Position numbers and translations under genes: made by a program
NCBI RefSeq assembly: GCF_006345805.1
Contig: NC_043010.1
Location: 57,908,001-57,972,000, forward strand
Direction: 5' to 3'
DNA length: 64,000 bases
Source: Octopus sinensis
Lineage: Eukaryota
The notes under the pieces: model-generated
Told to the model about the DNA's origin: nothing
Database searches by the model: none
What the model saw: the letters and a program-made list of their open reading frames with translations, nothing else
Part shown: positions 1-12,906 of the stretch, piece by piece
Layout of the letters: each line of letters begins with the position of its first letter
How positions within the stretch are numbered: the stretch's first letter is position 1

Positions 1-395
1 TAAATATATATCTTTATATACATACTTCTATATGTACATACACACATCCATCCATACATGCATACATATAGACATATATCCACTTATACACACCTACATC
101 CATATATATCTGCATACATGCATCTATATATACATACAAACACACATATATAGACATTTTGCCATTACACATACACACGCACAAATACACATACCCTGTG
201 TGCCCCCCCCCCAGTCACCTTTCCCCAATCTCTGACAGGGGAGGTCACCAGTGTTACTTCATTAATTTCACATGGATTTAAGGAGGAATGGGGTGGTGGT
301 GGGAGTGGGGAGGAACTATTAACACCTCTCACTTGCACTGACAGAAGCAAAACATGCGTGAGCCTCTGTGTGTGTGTGTGTGTGCGTGTGTGTGT

Positions 396-431
<36 letters not shown>

Positions 432-437
432 GTGTGT

Positions 438-477
<40 letters not shown>

Positions 478-1052
478 GCCATAGAATTAAATATTCTCCA
501 GAAGCAAATATAAAGAACCAATGTTGTAGTATTAGTAGTAGTGGTGGTGGTGGTAGTAGTAGTAGCAGGAGCAGCAGGAGCTGTCGTGGATGGTGGGGTG
601 ATGGTACTAGTGGTGGTGATGGTGTGTGGGGGAGGCCAGCAGTTGGTGTCTGTCCCTGTAGACCTTCCCCCAAAATGACAATTTCAATGCCCAACACTGC
701 TAGACATTTCCACGGGTTGTCCATATTGCCCTCCCCCCACCCCAGCTGAAATCTTTGTTTTGATGGTTCCATCAACCCCTAAAGTTACCTCGGAACATCA
801 TATATAGATATATATACACACATATACATACATACATACATACATTTCTAAATATCTCAGAGAGATATATGCAGTAGTGATACGATAAAGTAGTTGTATA
901 CTGTCAACTTAATGTGACAGTCCCATGAAGGAAATAATACTACTGCTATTTAGCCCTAGGAAGCAGCAATGCTTCCTGTCGGCCTTGACACATTTCCTGT
1001 GTCCTTATGTTTGTTACAAGGGGGAGATAAGCACCTCCACCCAGCTAAGCCT

Positions 1053-1108
1053 GTCATCAGAGACTAGTTTCTGAGTCATTGCGCATCATCAGTCTGGAGT
1101 AGCATGAC
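1053..1108 (-). ncRNA. Type-I hammerhead-like motif with extended stem I
   Basis: GTCAT-GCTACTC-CAGA-CTGATGA-TGCG(CAATGA)CTCA-GAAA-CTAG-TC-TCTG-ATGAC: 4+5 bp stem I with a 7-nt bulge, palindromic stem III ACTAGT, GUC site. Confidence 0.65.
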
Positions 1109-1269
1109 CTGCTAGTTGGAGATGCCTCTCTAGCTCTTGTGAATATATAAGAATTCTAGTGAAATACATTCACTGATTTCAAAAATAGAGAAATGTATTA
1201 TTGTAAGAGAAATGTAAGCTATGGACAGATAAGAGGTGCAGCAACATCAAAGAAAGATTAACCGAGAAG

Positions 1270-2458
1270 ATAGCTTTCATACGTGGTAGATGCACAGGAG
1301 TAGTAAACACCACAGATGCTCAGAAAACAGATTCCATCACATTCCAGAGTGAGAAACAAGAAGTAGTTGATAGCTTCCACTACCTAGGTGACCAAGTTAG
1401 TTGTGGGGGTGGATGCTCAGAGAGTGTTACCACTAGAATAAGAATAGCCTGGGCACAGTTTAGAAAGCTTCTTCCCCTACTGGTGACAAAGGGTCTCACG
1501 CTCAGAGTGAAAGGTAGATTGTATGATGCATGTGTGTGAACTGCCATGCTTCACGGTAGTGATACATGGGCCATGACTGCGGAGGACATCCGTAGGCTCA
1601 AAAGAAATGAAGCTAGTATGATCCGCTGGATGTGTAATGTCAGTGTGTACGCACGACAGAGTGTAAGCACCCTGAGAGAAACGTTGGACATAAGAAGCAT
1701 TACATGTGGCATGCAAGAGGGACGTTTGCGTTGGTATGGTCATGTACTATGGATGGATGAGGAGAGATGTGTGAAGAAGTGCCACTCCCAAACAGTTAAA
1801 GGAATCCGAGGTAGAGGTAGACCCAGGAAGACATGGGATGAGGTGGTCAAGCATGACCTTCGAACGTTGGACCTCACAGAGGCAATGACCAAAGACCAAG
1901 ACCTCTATAGATCTACTGTGACTGCGAAGACCTGGCAAATATAGTGAGTTTATGGCTGTATCCTACGCTAGTTTCACATAACCAGCCCTAACCCATTCAG
2001 AAGTACCTTAGATTGTCAGGCAACCTGCTGTGCTTACCTTGGATCGTAGGGTGACCTGCTGTGCTTGAGGAGACCTATTGAGTCAAGTACATCGACATCA
2101 AAATAAAAATCAAATGGAAATTGTAGTTGTGATCCCCGTGTCAGTGGAACGTTAAAAGCACCATCCAAACATGACTGATGCCAGCGCCGCCTTGATTGGC
2201 TTCTGTGTCAGTGGCACATAAAAAGCACCAACCAATTGTGTCTGTTGCCAGCCTCCTCTGGCCCCTGTGCTGACGGCATGTAAAAAGCACCCACTACGCT
2301 GACAGAGTGGTTGGTGTTAGGAAGAGCATCCAGCTGTAGAAACTCTGCAAGATCAGATTGGAGCCTAGTGCTGCCTCCTGGCTTCCCAAACCCCAGTCAA
2401 ACCGTCCAATCCATGCTAGCATGGAAAATGGATGTTAAACGATGATGATGATGATGAT
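1270..2458 (+). mobile_element. 5'-truncated RTE LINE copy (same family as 42226-46490)
   Basis: MLHGSDTW...RGRPRKTWDEVVKHDLRTL is nearly collinear with the C-terminus of the full-length copy. Same 3' UTR and (GAT)n tail. Confidence 0.9.
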
Positions 2459-3339
2459 TTGTGTTTGTTCCCGCCACCCTTGTCAACCAATACTGGTTTG
2501 TTTATGTCCCTATAACTTTGTGGCTTGGTAAAAATAGATTGAAAGCACGTTACTTTAGCACGTTACTCCAGCATGGCCACAATGCATTGACTGAAACGAA
2601 TACAGCACTAGAAGACTATAACCAGTGGAATATAGGACTCTGAGACAAACAATATTTAATTTGAAAATCTAAAATCTCTGGAAATCTCCAGAATTCTGTG
2701 AATTGGAGAGAAACAATTGTTTGGTTTGTGTCTCAGTTGATCTGTTCCTTGTTGTGAAGTCAATATTAGATGGAAAAAAAACACAAAAACTGTTATCACT
2801 TAGTGACAGTAGTGGTGGCAGTGGTAGTAGGAGAGGTGGTGTGGGTCATAACCAGGCTGACCTTTTTTAATTAAATGTTTGTTAACGATGCAACAAGGAA
2901 CAATGAAATTTTCTCCAGAAAAAAATGCAAAAAATACAAAACAGATTTATCATCTTGTTTTGTTTACTTGTGTTTATTTTCTGTTGTTGTTGTTGTTGTT
3001 GTTGTTACTGATGTCTTTTTGATGTTTATGCTATTTATTTTTTTTTCATTTTTCTTCCATTTCTTAATCTTTATTTATAAAATTTTTCATTGGTTCTTGT
3101 CATATTTGCCTCAGCCAATCACATCACAGATTTTTAAGCAGCCAATCAGATTTGACACTGTCATTGACTGAGTTTTCTGTTTATTTTTTTTTTATGCTGT
3201 ACATTTGTTGTTTTATGTTTGAGTTAAATGTTCTTGTTGTTGTTGAGCTTGAGATCAGCCTGATTGAGCACACCTATGATCAGAAACATTCCAACTATGG
3301 CCATCCCACCTGTACTCTTAGATTTACAGTTACAAAAGT

Positions 3340-4060
3340 ATGATGAACAGCTGCCACATACAGGCTCCCTTAGAGTTTGTGCCCAATGTAAACAATGGAC
3401 ACACAAAGGGTTTATTTGGGACCACAGACAGGATTATTGCTCCCGGGGCACCGGCACAATAAATTCTAAGAGTACCTGGAAAATAGATTATCTTAAATGC
3501 TGAGACAGCTCCCTATAAGTAGTTGATTGTTTTTGCTAGTTAGGGGACTAAATTAGCAATGGTAGAGTTGATAGTAATAAGAACGGGTTGGAGAAAGTTC
3601 AAGGAGATATTACCCATGCAGGTAACAAGGGGCTCAGTCAGGGGCAGATTGTATGATGCTTGCATTAGAAGTGCACTACTCAGCAGATGTGGGCCTTGGT
3701 TATAGAAGACATGTAAAGACTAGAAAGAAATGAGGCTGTTTTTGTTTCACTGGATGTGCCATATTGATGTCCATGAATGATGAAGTGTGACTGACTTGAG
3801 AGATGAAGTGAGTCTGAGAGGAATCAGATGTAGAGTATAAGAGAGAAGACTGTGTTGCTATGGGAATACGATGTGACTGGAGGATGACAACTGCACAAAC
3901 AGGTACTCAACATTCAGAGTGTTGAAGAAGAAGAAGAAGACCAATAAAGACTGGGAATGAGGTGGTCAAAAGATGCTCTCAAGACCCTAACTCTAATGAA
4001 AGAGATGATAGAAGACTGTGTTGATTGGTGATCTGTGATGCTACGGAATACTCAATCTTC
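3340..4060 (+). mobile_element. Older, decayed RTE fragment (PHD finger to C-terminus)
   Basis: CAQCKQWTHK matches CTKCKLWTHK. Downstream GGCAGATTGTATGATGCTTGC and AAGACTGGGAATGAGGTGGTCAA match the RTE C-terminal DNA. Confidence 0.7.
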
Positions 4061-5099
4061 TGTACAAGCTTAGGCATGGACCCCCTCCTTTGCTTATTGT
4101 TTTGTGCATAGACACTTCCTATCTATTGATCCTTTTACACCCTCATATACACTGCCCTGTCTTTTCTCCTGTCTGATCTATACCCTCTCTACTAAACCAA
4201 TCGTAACTGAGAAGTGAATACTCATTTCATACAGATAGAGTACCCCCTTTCTCTATATTTCCCTCACCACCTTCAGATTTCCCTATTCTGTGAGGAGAAA
4301 TCACACCCTGGCCGCCTTTCCCTACCCTCACTGATTCTCCTGTCACCCTACCCACTTGAACATGTTACCCCGGGGGGGGGCATGTTCTAGCTTTTCCTCA
4401 TCTTGTCTCTCCTCCACACCACTCGACCCCCCCCCCCCCCAGCAACTTCATTTCCTCTTTCACAAGTCTCTTGACACCACTTCTCCATTTCCCGCCTTCC
4501 TTCGTACACCACTTCACCTACAAACCACTGCATTTCCTCCAACTCATTTGTCCCACCATCCTATCACTTTCTAACTCTCTCTCACTAACCCCTAACACTA
4601 CTTCTCACTTTCCTTCCTCTTATCTCTTCCTTAATCCTGACACTGTTAATCTTTGCTCTCTCTTAACAATAAACTGTGTAACTCCAATAAGAGCTATTTG
4701 GACCCTTATAAACTGTCCAACCCATGCTAGGTGATCTGACCCACCCCATCATTGGATCCTCCTCCTCAATCTACACTATCACCTTTATCATTTTGTTCCC
4801 CCTTCTCTTCTGTCTCCATTACCCTCCCCTCTGTTATTCTCTCCATTAACATTTTGTCACCACACTAAATATGTTTGATACATTACAGGGGCAGCCTCCT
4901 TTCACCTTGTGCACCTCAAAGAGTCCCTGCCCCCATCCAACCAGTGCTAGTATCACAAGGAGCACCCAATACATTCAACAAGTGATTAATAATTGATTTC
5001 AGCATCGATGACACAGAGTTTGCAAAAGTTATTTAGTCTTTATGATGACAAGGCAACCTGTGTAGTGCTGGTGCCAGGAGAAAATACATCCAGGACATT

Positions 5100-5250
5100 C
5101 TGTAAAAATGTTTGGCGTTAGGAAGAGCATCCAGCTGCAAAGAACATGCTAGAAAATGAGACACTGGAACAGGATTTGGTCTTCCATTCTGTTAAATCTT
5201 GTGGAACTGTCCTACGCATGCCAGCATGGAAAGCGAATGTAAACTGATGG
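5100..5250 (+). mobile_element. RTE 3' tail fragment
   Basis: GGCGTTAGGAAGAGCATCCAGCTG...GCATGCCAGCATGGAAAGCGAATGTAAACTGATG matches the RTE 3' UTR end. Confidence 0.7.
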
Positions 5251-5467
5251 AGATGGGCATATATATGTATGTATATATATATATGCATGCATATGTGTGT
5301 GTGTAAATATGTGTCAGCGTATGTATATGTGTATGTGTGTGTGTTTGTGTATATATATATATATAGTCAATCCAAACATGAAAGCGCAAAGAGAAAACAT
5401 AACAACGTGAGGACATGGAACAAGTATAGTGTTATTGGACGCTCAGGAAAGAAGGAAAGAAGGAGGG

Positions 5468-5500
5468 TTTAACGTTTCAAGTGGAGCTCTTCATCAGAAA
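5468..5500 (-). ncRNA. Minimal hammerhead-like motif
   Basis: TTT-CTGATGA-A-GAG(CTCCA)CTT-GAAA-CG-TT-AAA. Core intact, stems short. Confidence 0.45.
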
Positions 5501-5566
5501 TATAGGAAAGGGAAAGATCCAAGGAAGGAAAGACGGCGGAAAAAAATTGCCGACGATACACACGCA

Positions 5567-5606
<40 letters not shown>

Positions 5607-5778
5607 ACTTTATTTAAAGCAGCAGAAAATTCAACAAATTCAAAATTTAACGGCAGCGTGAAACTCAGAGTAACAGGTTTTGTTGAATTTTCTGCTGCTT
5701 TAAATAAAGCATATTACTCTACCACTGGTATTTGAGTACTCTTTTTTCCACCTTGTTTCACATTTATGTGTTTGCTAT

Positions 5779-5822
<44 letters not shown>

Positions 5823-6167
5823 TTCACATACACACACACTCTACCCACTCCAGCAGCTGAAATTAGAGAGAGAGGAGGGTTAGTATAATGTGAACGATTG
5901 GGAGAGGTGAAGACTTGTGAGTTCCACATCCACACTGCTCCAATAGGGTCACTGTACTGCACCAAACTGGATTATGTTTTCTTTTACAACAAACAGATTG
6001 ACTCCAACAGAACTGATTATTTCCTTGACCATGACTAAGGCCAATCCAACTGGACACCTGGACTGGGCAGTCTGAGCCTTAACCCAGCCTGCCTCAGACC
6101 ATCCACTGTTCTTTGATACAAACTTCCTGTTTTTAATTGATTTAAATTAAAACCTTTCATGAAAATG

Positions 6168-6935
6168 TCATCATTTAATGTCTGTTGTCCACGCTGGCAT
6201 GGATTGGACAGTTTGACCGGGTTGGCACACTGGAAGGCTGCACCAGACTCCAGTCTGATTTGGCATGGTTTTCTACGGCTGGATGCCCTTCCTAATGCCA
6301 ACCACTCCATGAGTGTAATAGAGCTTTTACATACCACCGGCATTTACATGACACTGGGGTGTGTTTACATGTCACCGGCACAGGGGCCATTTGCATGACA
6401 CTGGGGTGTGTTTACATGTCACCGGCACAGGGGCCATTTGCATGACACTGGGGTGTGTTTACATGTCACCGGCACAGGGGCCATTTGCATGACACTGGGG
6501 TGTGTTTACATGTCACCGGCACAGGGGCCATTTGCATGACACTGGGGTGTGTTTACATGTCACCGGCACAGGGGCCATTTGCATGACACTGGGGTGTGTT
6601 TACATGTCACCGGCACAGGGGCCATTTGCATGACACTGGGGTGTGTTTACATGTCACCGGCACAGGGGCCATTTGCATGACACTGGGGTGTGTTTACATG
6701 TCACCGGCACAGGGGCCATTTACATGACACTGGGGTGTGTTTACATGTCACCGGCACAGGGGCCATTTACATGACACTGGGGTGCATTTGCATGCAGGGG
6801 TGCCAATTTGCGTGACACTGGTATCTGCCATGATTGCAATTTTGCTCAGCTTGATGGCTCTTCTTCTCAAGCACGACATAATGCCAAAGGTCTTGGTCAT
6901 TGTCTCCACTCGAGGCCCAACGCTTGAAAGGAGCT
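6168..6935 (-). mobile_element. RTE 3' UTR fragment containing an expanded 47-bp minisatellite
   Basis: 6168-6340 matches the RTE tail (CTACGGCTGGATGCCCTTCCTAATGCCAACCACTCC). 6800-6935 matches the UTR/ORF junction seen at about 35180-35290. Confidence 0.8.
6350..6790. repeat. 47-bp tandem repeat, 9 full units plus a partial unit
   Basis: Unit GACACTGGGGTGTGTTTACATGTCACCGGCACAGGGGCCATTTGCAT starts at 6350, 6397, 6444 ... 6726, with a partial unit at 6773. No spacers. Confidence 0.97.
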
Positions 6936-7466
6936 CAGACCCTTTGCCTCCCAATCACCAGCTTACTAATGGCAAAAGTTACTTTCCTCAATTCTTCATT
7001 ATTTTCAAAATTTAATGGAACAAGAAAAAACAAAAAAAAAACAAAGCAAAAAAAAAACAATATTTCAAGAGAAATATGGTGAGCAAAGTGCCTGGTGACC
7101 AGTTTGTGTTGCTATGTGGTGGACTGTTTAAGATGTCTGACCATCTCCTGGTTGGAACTTGTTGCCCTTGTCTTGTCACCATTAACACCAAAATGACATC
7201 ATTGTTAAACTGACCGACCCATGTGGTCAATGTGTTGATAATAGCCGCTCTAACATCATCATCATCCCCATGAACCCCGTCCCTTACTCTCTGTGAACAA
7301 CACCACTTGTCCACCTCCAATTTATCATCCCTCTCACAGCCACCAACTCCTTTCCCCCCCCCCAGCACACCCTCCACTGCCACTGCCGTGATTCAAGAGA
7401 GGGAATGACAATATAAATGATGTTGATGATGGTGGTGGTGATGCTGTTGATAATGATGCTGATGGA

Positions 7467-7497
<31 letters not shown>

Positions 7498-8568
7498 GTA
7501 CAGAAGGTTATGTGTCACCACCACCACAACCTCCTCTTCCCTCTCCTCTTCCTCCTCCTCAGCTTGACAGCTCTTAACATTTTAAAAATCAATAAACTAG
7601 GATGACATTGTTCTCCTGCTCCCCCCCACCCCGCATCACACCGCCGCCACCACCACCATCCCTTAACTCACTCTCCAGCCATTCACAGACACACATACAC
7701 ACACACACACACACCATGTACGTGTATCTATGTATATGTAGATACATACATATATAGATGTGTGTGTGTGTGTGTGTGCAGTTTGCAAACCACAAACTCA
7801 AACCAGAAAAGCAATGTGATGGCACCATCCTGCATCACATGGTAGAGGCAATGGTGGTGGTGGTGGTGGTGGTGGTGGTGGTGGTGGTGGTAGAGGCAAT
7901 TGTGGTGGTGGTGGTGGTGGTAGAGGCAATGGTGGTGGTGGTGGTGGTGGTAATTTTTGACTCCAGGCCAGCACTCTTCACCTTTTGTTCACAGGCATTC
8001 CAAAGATGACCATCACATTGGTATTATTACATTGTCTTTGTCTGTGTCATTCTGTTATTTTCAGAAACAATGTGAGCTGAGGGAGGTTTAGCTGCTATTT
8101 CTAGCCGGTCAAGTAACCTGATAGTGGCTTCTTCGTCAGTAAAGGATTGTGGAGATATTTAAGGGTCTGTATACTGCTCCACATCCACCCACCTCAGTCT
8201 GTAGTGAAGCGGTTAGGATGGTGGCGGGGAATGTTTAAGGAAACTGTAAGGAAGGAACAAAATAGGGGGGGGGGTAGGCTGGGGTGGCGTTAACCAAGAG
8301 TGTAAACAGTAGGAAAGTCAGCAAACAGTCTTTAAATTTAATCCATTAATTTCCAAGCCCCTCCCCTTCCTCTCCCTCTTCCTCCTCCTCTCCCTCTTCT
8401 ACCTTCCTCTCCTCTGCCCTCCACCATGAAAATCACTGTCCCTTGACAGAAACAAGGTCAGCCATGCACTACCATCAACCACACCCTCCACCTCAACACT
8501 CCCCCCTCTCTCTCTCCCTCTCCTACTCTGTCTCTCTCCTCCCCAAATCTCCCCTCTCCTCCTCGTCT

Positions 8569-8609
<41 letters not shown>

Positions 8610-8789
8610 CTCTCCCCACTCCTCCATCTCACAAAATTTTCTGAAAAAAAAAATCAGAAAAAAATTTTTGATTTTAATTTTGTATTTTAAAAATTTCAGT
8701 TTTACATTAAAATTTATCAGAGATTTACATTGGCGTGGGGGTGGGGGGCATAGTGGATGAGTTGGGTGGGGTGTGGTGGTTGTACAGTG

Positions 8790-10320
8790 GTGTGTGACAT
8801 GGGCTTAGTGTGTAGGCTGGTCCGTATCTGATAGTATAGTGTGTGTGTGTGTGTGTGTGTGATATATGGCTGTTGTTAGCATCTGGTGTGTTTGGGATGT
8901 GTAGTGTTCAGTATGTAGTGTGTAGCACATAGTACGAGGTGTGTAGTCTGGGATGTGTGATGTTTGGTGTGTAGTGCATAGCGCATTATGTGTGTTGTTT
9001 AGTGTGACTTGTGTGTTGTGTGTTCTGCCCTGCATTATGTTTCTGTGTAATATCTGATGTGTAATGTATGTGGTACGGTTTGTGTTGTGTGATATGTAAT
9101 GCAGTTTATGGTGTGTAGTAGGCATTGTGTAATGTGTTATGTGTTTGTGTGTAACGTGTAGTATGTGGTGCATCTGTGTACCGTATATAGTGTGGTGTGT
9201 TTGTTATGACTGTGTTGTGGGCTTGCATGTTATGTGTAATGTGTGTGGTTTGGTTTGTGTTGTGTTGAGTGTGGTGTGTGTGCAGTGTAACACAGCAGAC
9301 GGTGTGTTCTGTGCAGTATTTGCATTAAATGTGCCTGTATAGTGTATGACCTGTTTGTTGTGCTTGGTGCCTCGTGTCTAGTGTGTAATGTATGTGGTAC
9401 AGCATATGTTGTGTGTATGGTGAATATTATGTAGTGTGAATAATATATAGTATGACTATAATATGTTGTGTGTAATATTGTAGTTTGTGCTTAGAGCATT
9501 CTATTGTGGGAAGATAGAAACAATTGTGTGATGTGTAATGTAGGGTGTGGAATGTATGCTGATACTTTCATAACATTTTTATATATTATGCTTACATTTC
9601 ATGTGTGTAAAGTTGTTACTGTTGGTGTTGTTGTTTAACCCCAGGTTGTCCTTGATGGAGCACTTCTTTATGACCATCCCATACTGTATGGATGTGTAGA
9701 CTTTTAAGCTACTAAAGGAGGGTCTGCCCGTTGTTTTTGGCAAATAAATCCACTACATTGTGTGTGTGTGTTTGTAGCATGTGTCCATATTATGTTTGGT
9801 GTGGTATAAATGGTTTTGCGGGTATATGTTGCTAAAGCGTGTGTGTGTGTGTGTGTGTGGTGTTTAGGTATGTTTGTAGTGTGTATGTATATGTGTGTGT
9901 GTGTGAGTGTTTGCATGTATATTTGGTCTGTGTATGTTGTATATATGTGTTTATGTAGTGTGTATTTGTAGTATGTACACACACACACACATCTATATAT
10001 TCATGTTGTATGTTTATGCGCATATGAGTGATTATATGGCGTTTAGTTTAGAATGTGTTGTGTAATAGTGTATATGTGTGTATATGTGTGTTTTTATGAG
10101 AATTTGTGTATGCCACTTGTGTGTTTTCAATTTAATGTGTATTTCTGTGTATGTGTGCATATATGTATGTGTAAGTACATTCTTTACTGCATGTATATAT
10201 GTGTGTGATGTGATTTAAGATTGTGTATGCATATGAATGTGTGTGTGGATATGATTGTGTATGTATGTATACATGACTATGACCTCCTGTTTGTATGCGT
10301 ATATGCATGTGTGAGAGAAA
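8790..10320. repeat. Long degenerate GT-rich low-complexity tract
   Basis: About 1.5 kb dominated by TG/GTGT/ATGT, with strong G+T strand bias. Confidence 0.8.
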
Positions 10321-10559
10321 CTAAGTGTGTGTAGGGTGAGGTTTTGCTGCCCCACCCACTTTTACTCGTACACAACCTCTAACAGCCCCCCACGGCCCCT
10401 TACAAATAGTAGATCCTGTTCAGGTCTCCCCTATACACATTGCCAGCCATGTTTACATGCATTAAGCAATAGGGTTGTTCTCCATAGAGAAGGGAGCTGC
10501 AAGAGAGGGAGGCAGGGTCTTTAAAAACACACAATAACAATTAAAAAAAAACACTTAAC

Positions 10560-10641
10560 GTTGATAATGCAGAAGATAACAACAACAACAACAACAACAG
10601 CACCATTAATAATAATAATGATAATAATAATGATGATAATG

Positions 10642-10672
<31 letters not shown>

Positions 10673-10908
10673 TAATAATAACGATGATAATGATGATAAT
10701 AATAATAATAACAACAATAATAATGATGATAATGATAATAATAATAATGATATCGCTAATAATAATAATAATCATAATGATGATGATGATGATATTTTGT
10801 ATAACATTGTTTTAATTTTTTTTTTAAATAAATAGCACCCACCCCCATCGACATCCTAATATCATTCCCTGTCATACCTCATTTTTATAAGGGAAGGGAA
10901 ATTGTTAT

Positions 10909-10957
<49 letters not shown>

Positions 10958-11149
10958 TCAATGATGATGGTAGTGGTGGTGATGATGATGATAACGAATC
11001 AGAATAAGAATCAAACCATCATTATCAAGAACAAATAATGTTGATAATAACTATAGCACCACCCCCACCCATTTTTTTTTATACATCATCATCATCAAGA
11101 CTCAAATTTTAAGGGGTTGGAGAAGTAAAGGGAAACAAATGAATTTGAT

Positions 11150-11182
<33 letters not shown>

Positions 11183-11709
11183 AATAATAATGATAATAAT
11201 AATAATAATAATAGTACAGTTGTTTGTTTATTGAAGTGTTTTAATCTGGGGTTGGTTTATTGTTATAGATTTGTTGTTATGTTGTGTTGTTTTATTTTGT
11301 GTTCAGTTCCGGTGAATATAGAACTATAATGCAGCTCTAAAAAGCCCCCTTTGTTTGTGTGGTGGTGGTGGTGGTGGTGTAGCTAATGCTGTTTCAGTTT
11401 TTTTTTCTTTGTTTTGGTTTTTGTTTTGCATGTATGTTGGGAGGAGGGATTTTTTAAAAATTTCATTGTTTCCAGTTTTATTTTTAAATTAATTTCTTTT
11501 TTTTTTAAAAAAAAAAAGGAGAAAGATAAAATATTTTATTTAAATTTCTTATGGAAGGTCGCTGTTGTTGATAATGATAAAAACAATAATAATGATCGTG
11601 ATGATGATGACGACGACGATGATGATGATCATGATGATGGAAACAATGATAATAATGACAATGAATTAAGAATTTAAGAGATAAAAAATAGTAAAGGAAA
11701 AACCATGAT

Positions 11710-11742
<33 letters not shown>

Positions 11743-12160
11743 GATTGTAATAATTCTATATAACAATGAATTAAGAATTAAGAGATAAAAGATATAATAT
11801 AGAAAAATACAAGATAAAAATCAAAGAAATATTGAAAATATGAGTTTGAAAACGTTGCTGCTGCTGTTGTTGTTGTTGTTGTTGTTAGAGATGAAGAGTG
11901 GGAAGGTTGCAGTTTTAAGTAGAGATGTTTTAAATACTGATATTATGGTGGTTGTTGTTGTCTTAAATATGATTGTTGTTACTTTTGTTGTACTGAAATA
12001 TTCATTGGTAGATGCTGGTGGTGGTGATGGTGGTGGTGGTGGTGGTGGTGGTGGTGGTTGGAGTAAGGAAAGGAGGGGGTGGTGGAAGGTAGTTGGGGAG
12101 AGGTTATAAATTGAAAAGTTAAAAGCTATGCATAACAACAACAACATCAACAACTGTAAA
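10560..12160. repeat. Belt of trinucleotide microsatellites (AAT, GAT, AAC, GGT)
   Basis: Successive imperfect arrays that explain the poly-I/M/N/G ORFs. Confidence 0.85.
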
Positions 12161-12506
12161 AAAAAATCTATTGATTTCTAACGTCAACGGAAATCTGTAA
12201 AATATTTTGGCGGGAGTCATGGATTTGATTCAATCAACTCCACTGCTTCACTGATTTACTTTATTTTATTGACCCTGGATGCCAACCCTGCTGGAGTTTG
12301 AACTCAAAACGTTAAGGAATTTTACTAAACGTCAGAAGGCATTTCATACAGCGCCTGAATGATTCTGCCATTCACTTCTCTCCCACACTGACGATGACAA
12401 TGATGATGATGGTGGTGATCATGATTATGATGGTGATGGGGATAATTTGTTTTATTAGCCTCAAGGTTCCAAGCATTGAGAAACACATCAAAAGACATTT
12501 TTCCAA

Positions 12507-12715
12507 TTTTAACACAAGGCCAGCAATTTTTAGGGGGAAAGGGTTATGTTGATTACATTAACCCCATTTCATAACTGGTACTTTATTTTCTCTGTCACAG
12601 AAGGATGAAAGCAAAGTCAACCCCAATGGGATTTGAATTCAGAATGCAAAGACCTGGAAGAAATGCTGCCAAGCATTTTGTCCACCGTGCCATTGGTTCT
12701 ACCAGCTCAATGCCT
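12507..12715 (-). mobile_element. SINE family B copy
   Basis: Same core (GGATGAAAGCAAAGTCAACC, ACTGGTACTTTATTT). A partial copy lies at about 31770-31890. Confidence 0.7.
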
Positions 12716-12851
12716 TTGAAATAATAATAATATTTTATAGGATTGAGGTAACTCCTCCAGATTGACAAGTTTATCTTTTGAACCTGTGGAAGGCACACTA
12801 GATGCCAACATGTCGTTCACTTGATAACAATGGAACTCTTCTCTTTTTGCT

Positions 12852-12900
<49 letters not shown>

Positions 12901-12906
12901 ATGAAT

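Noticed and set aside
6350-6790. CRISPR-like array
   Set aside because: Units are contiguous with no unique spacers, there are no cas genes, the context is eukaryotic, and the unit derives from the RTE 3' UTR.
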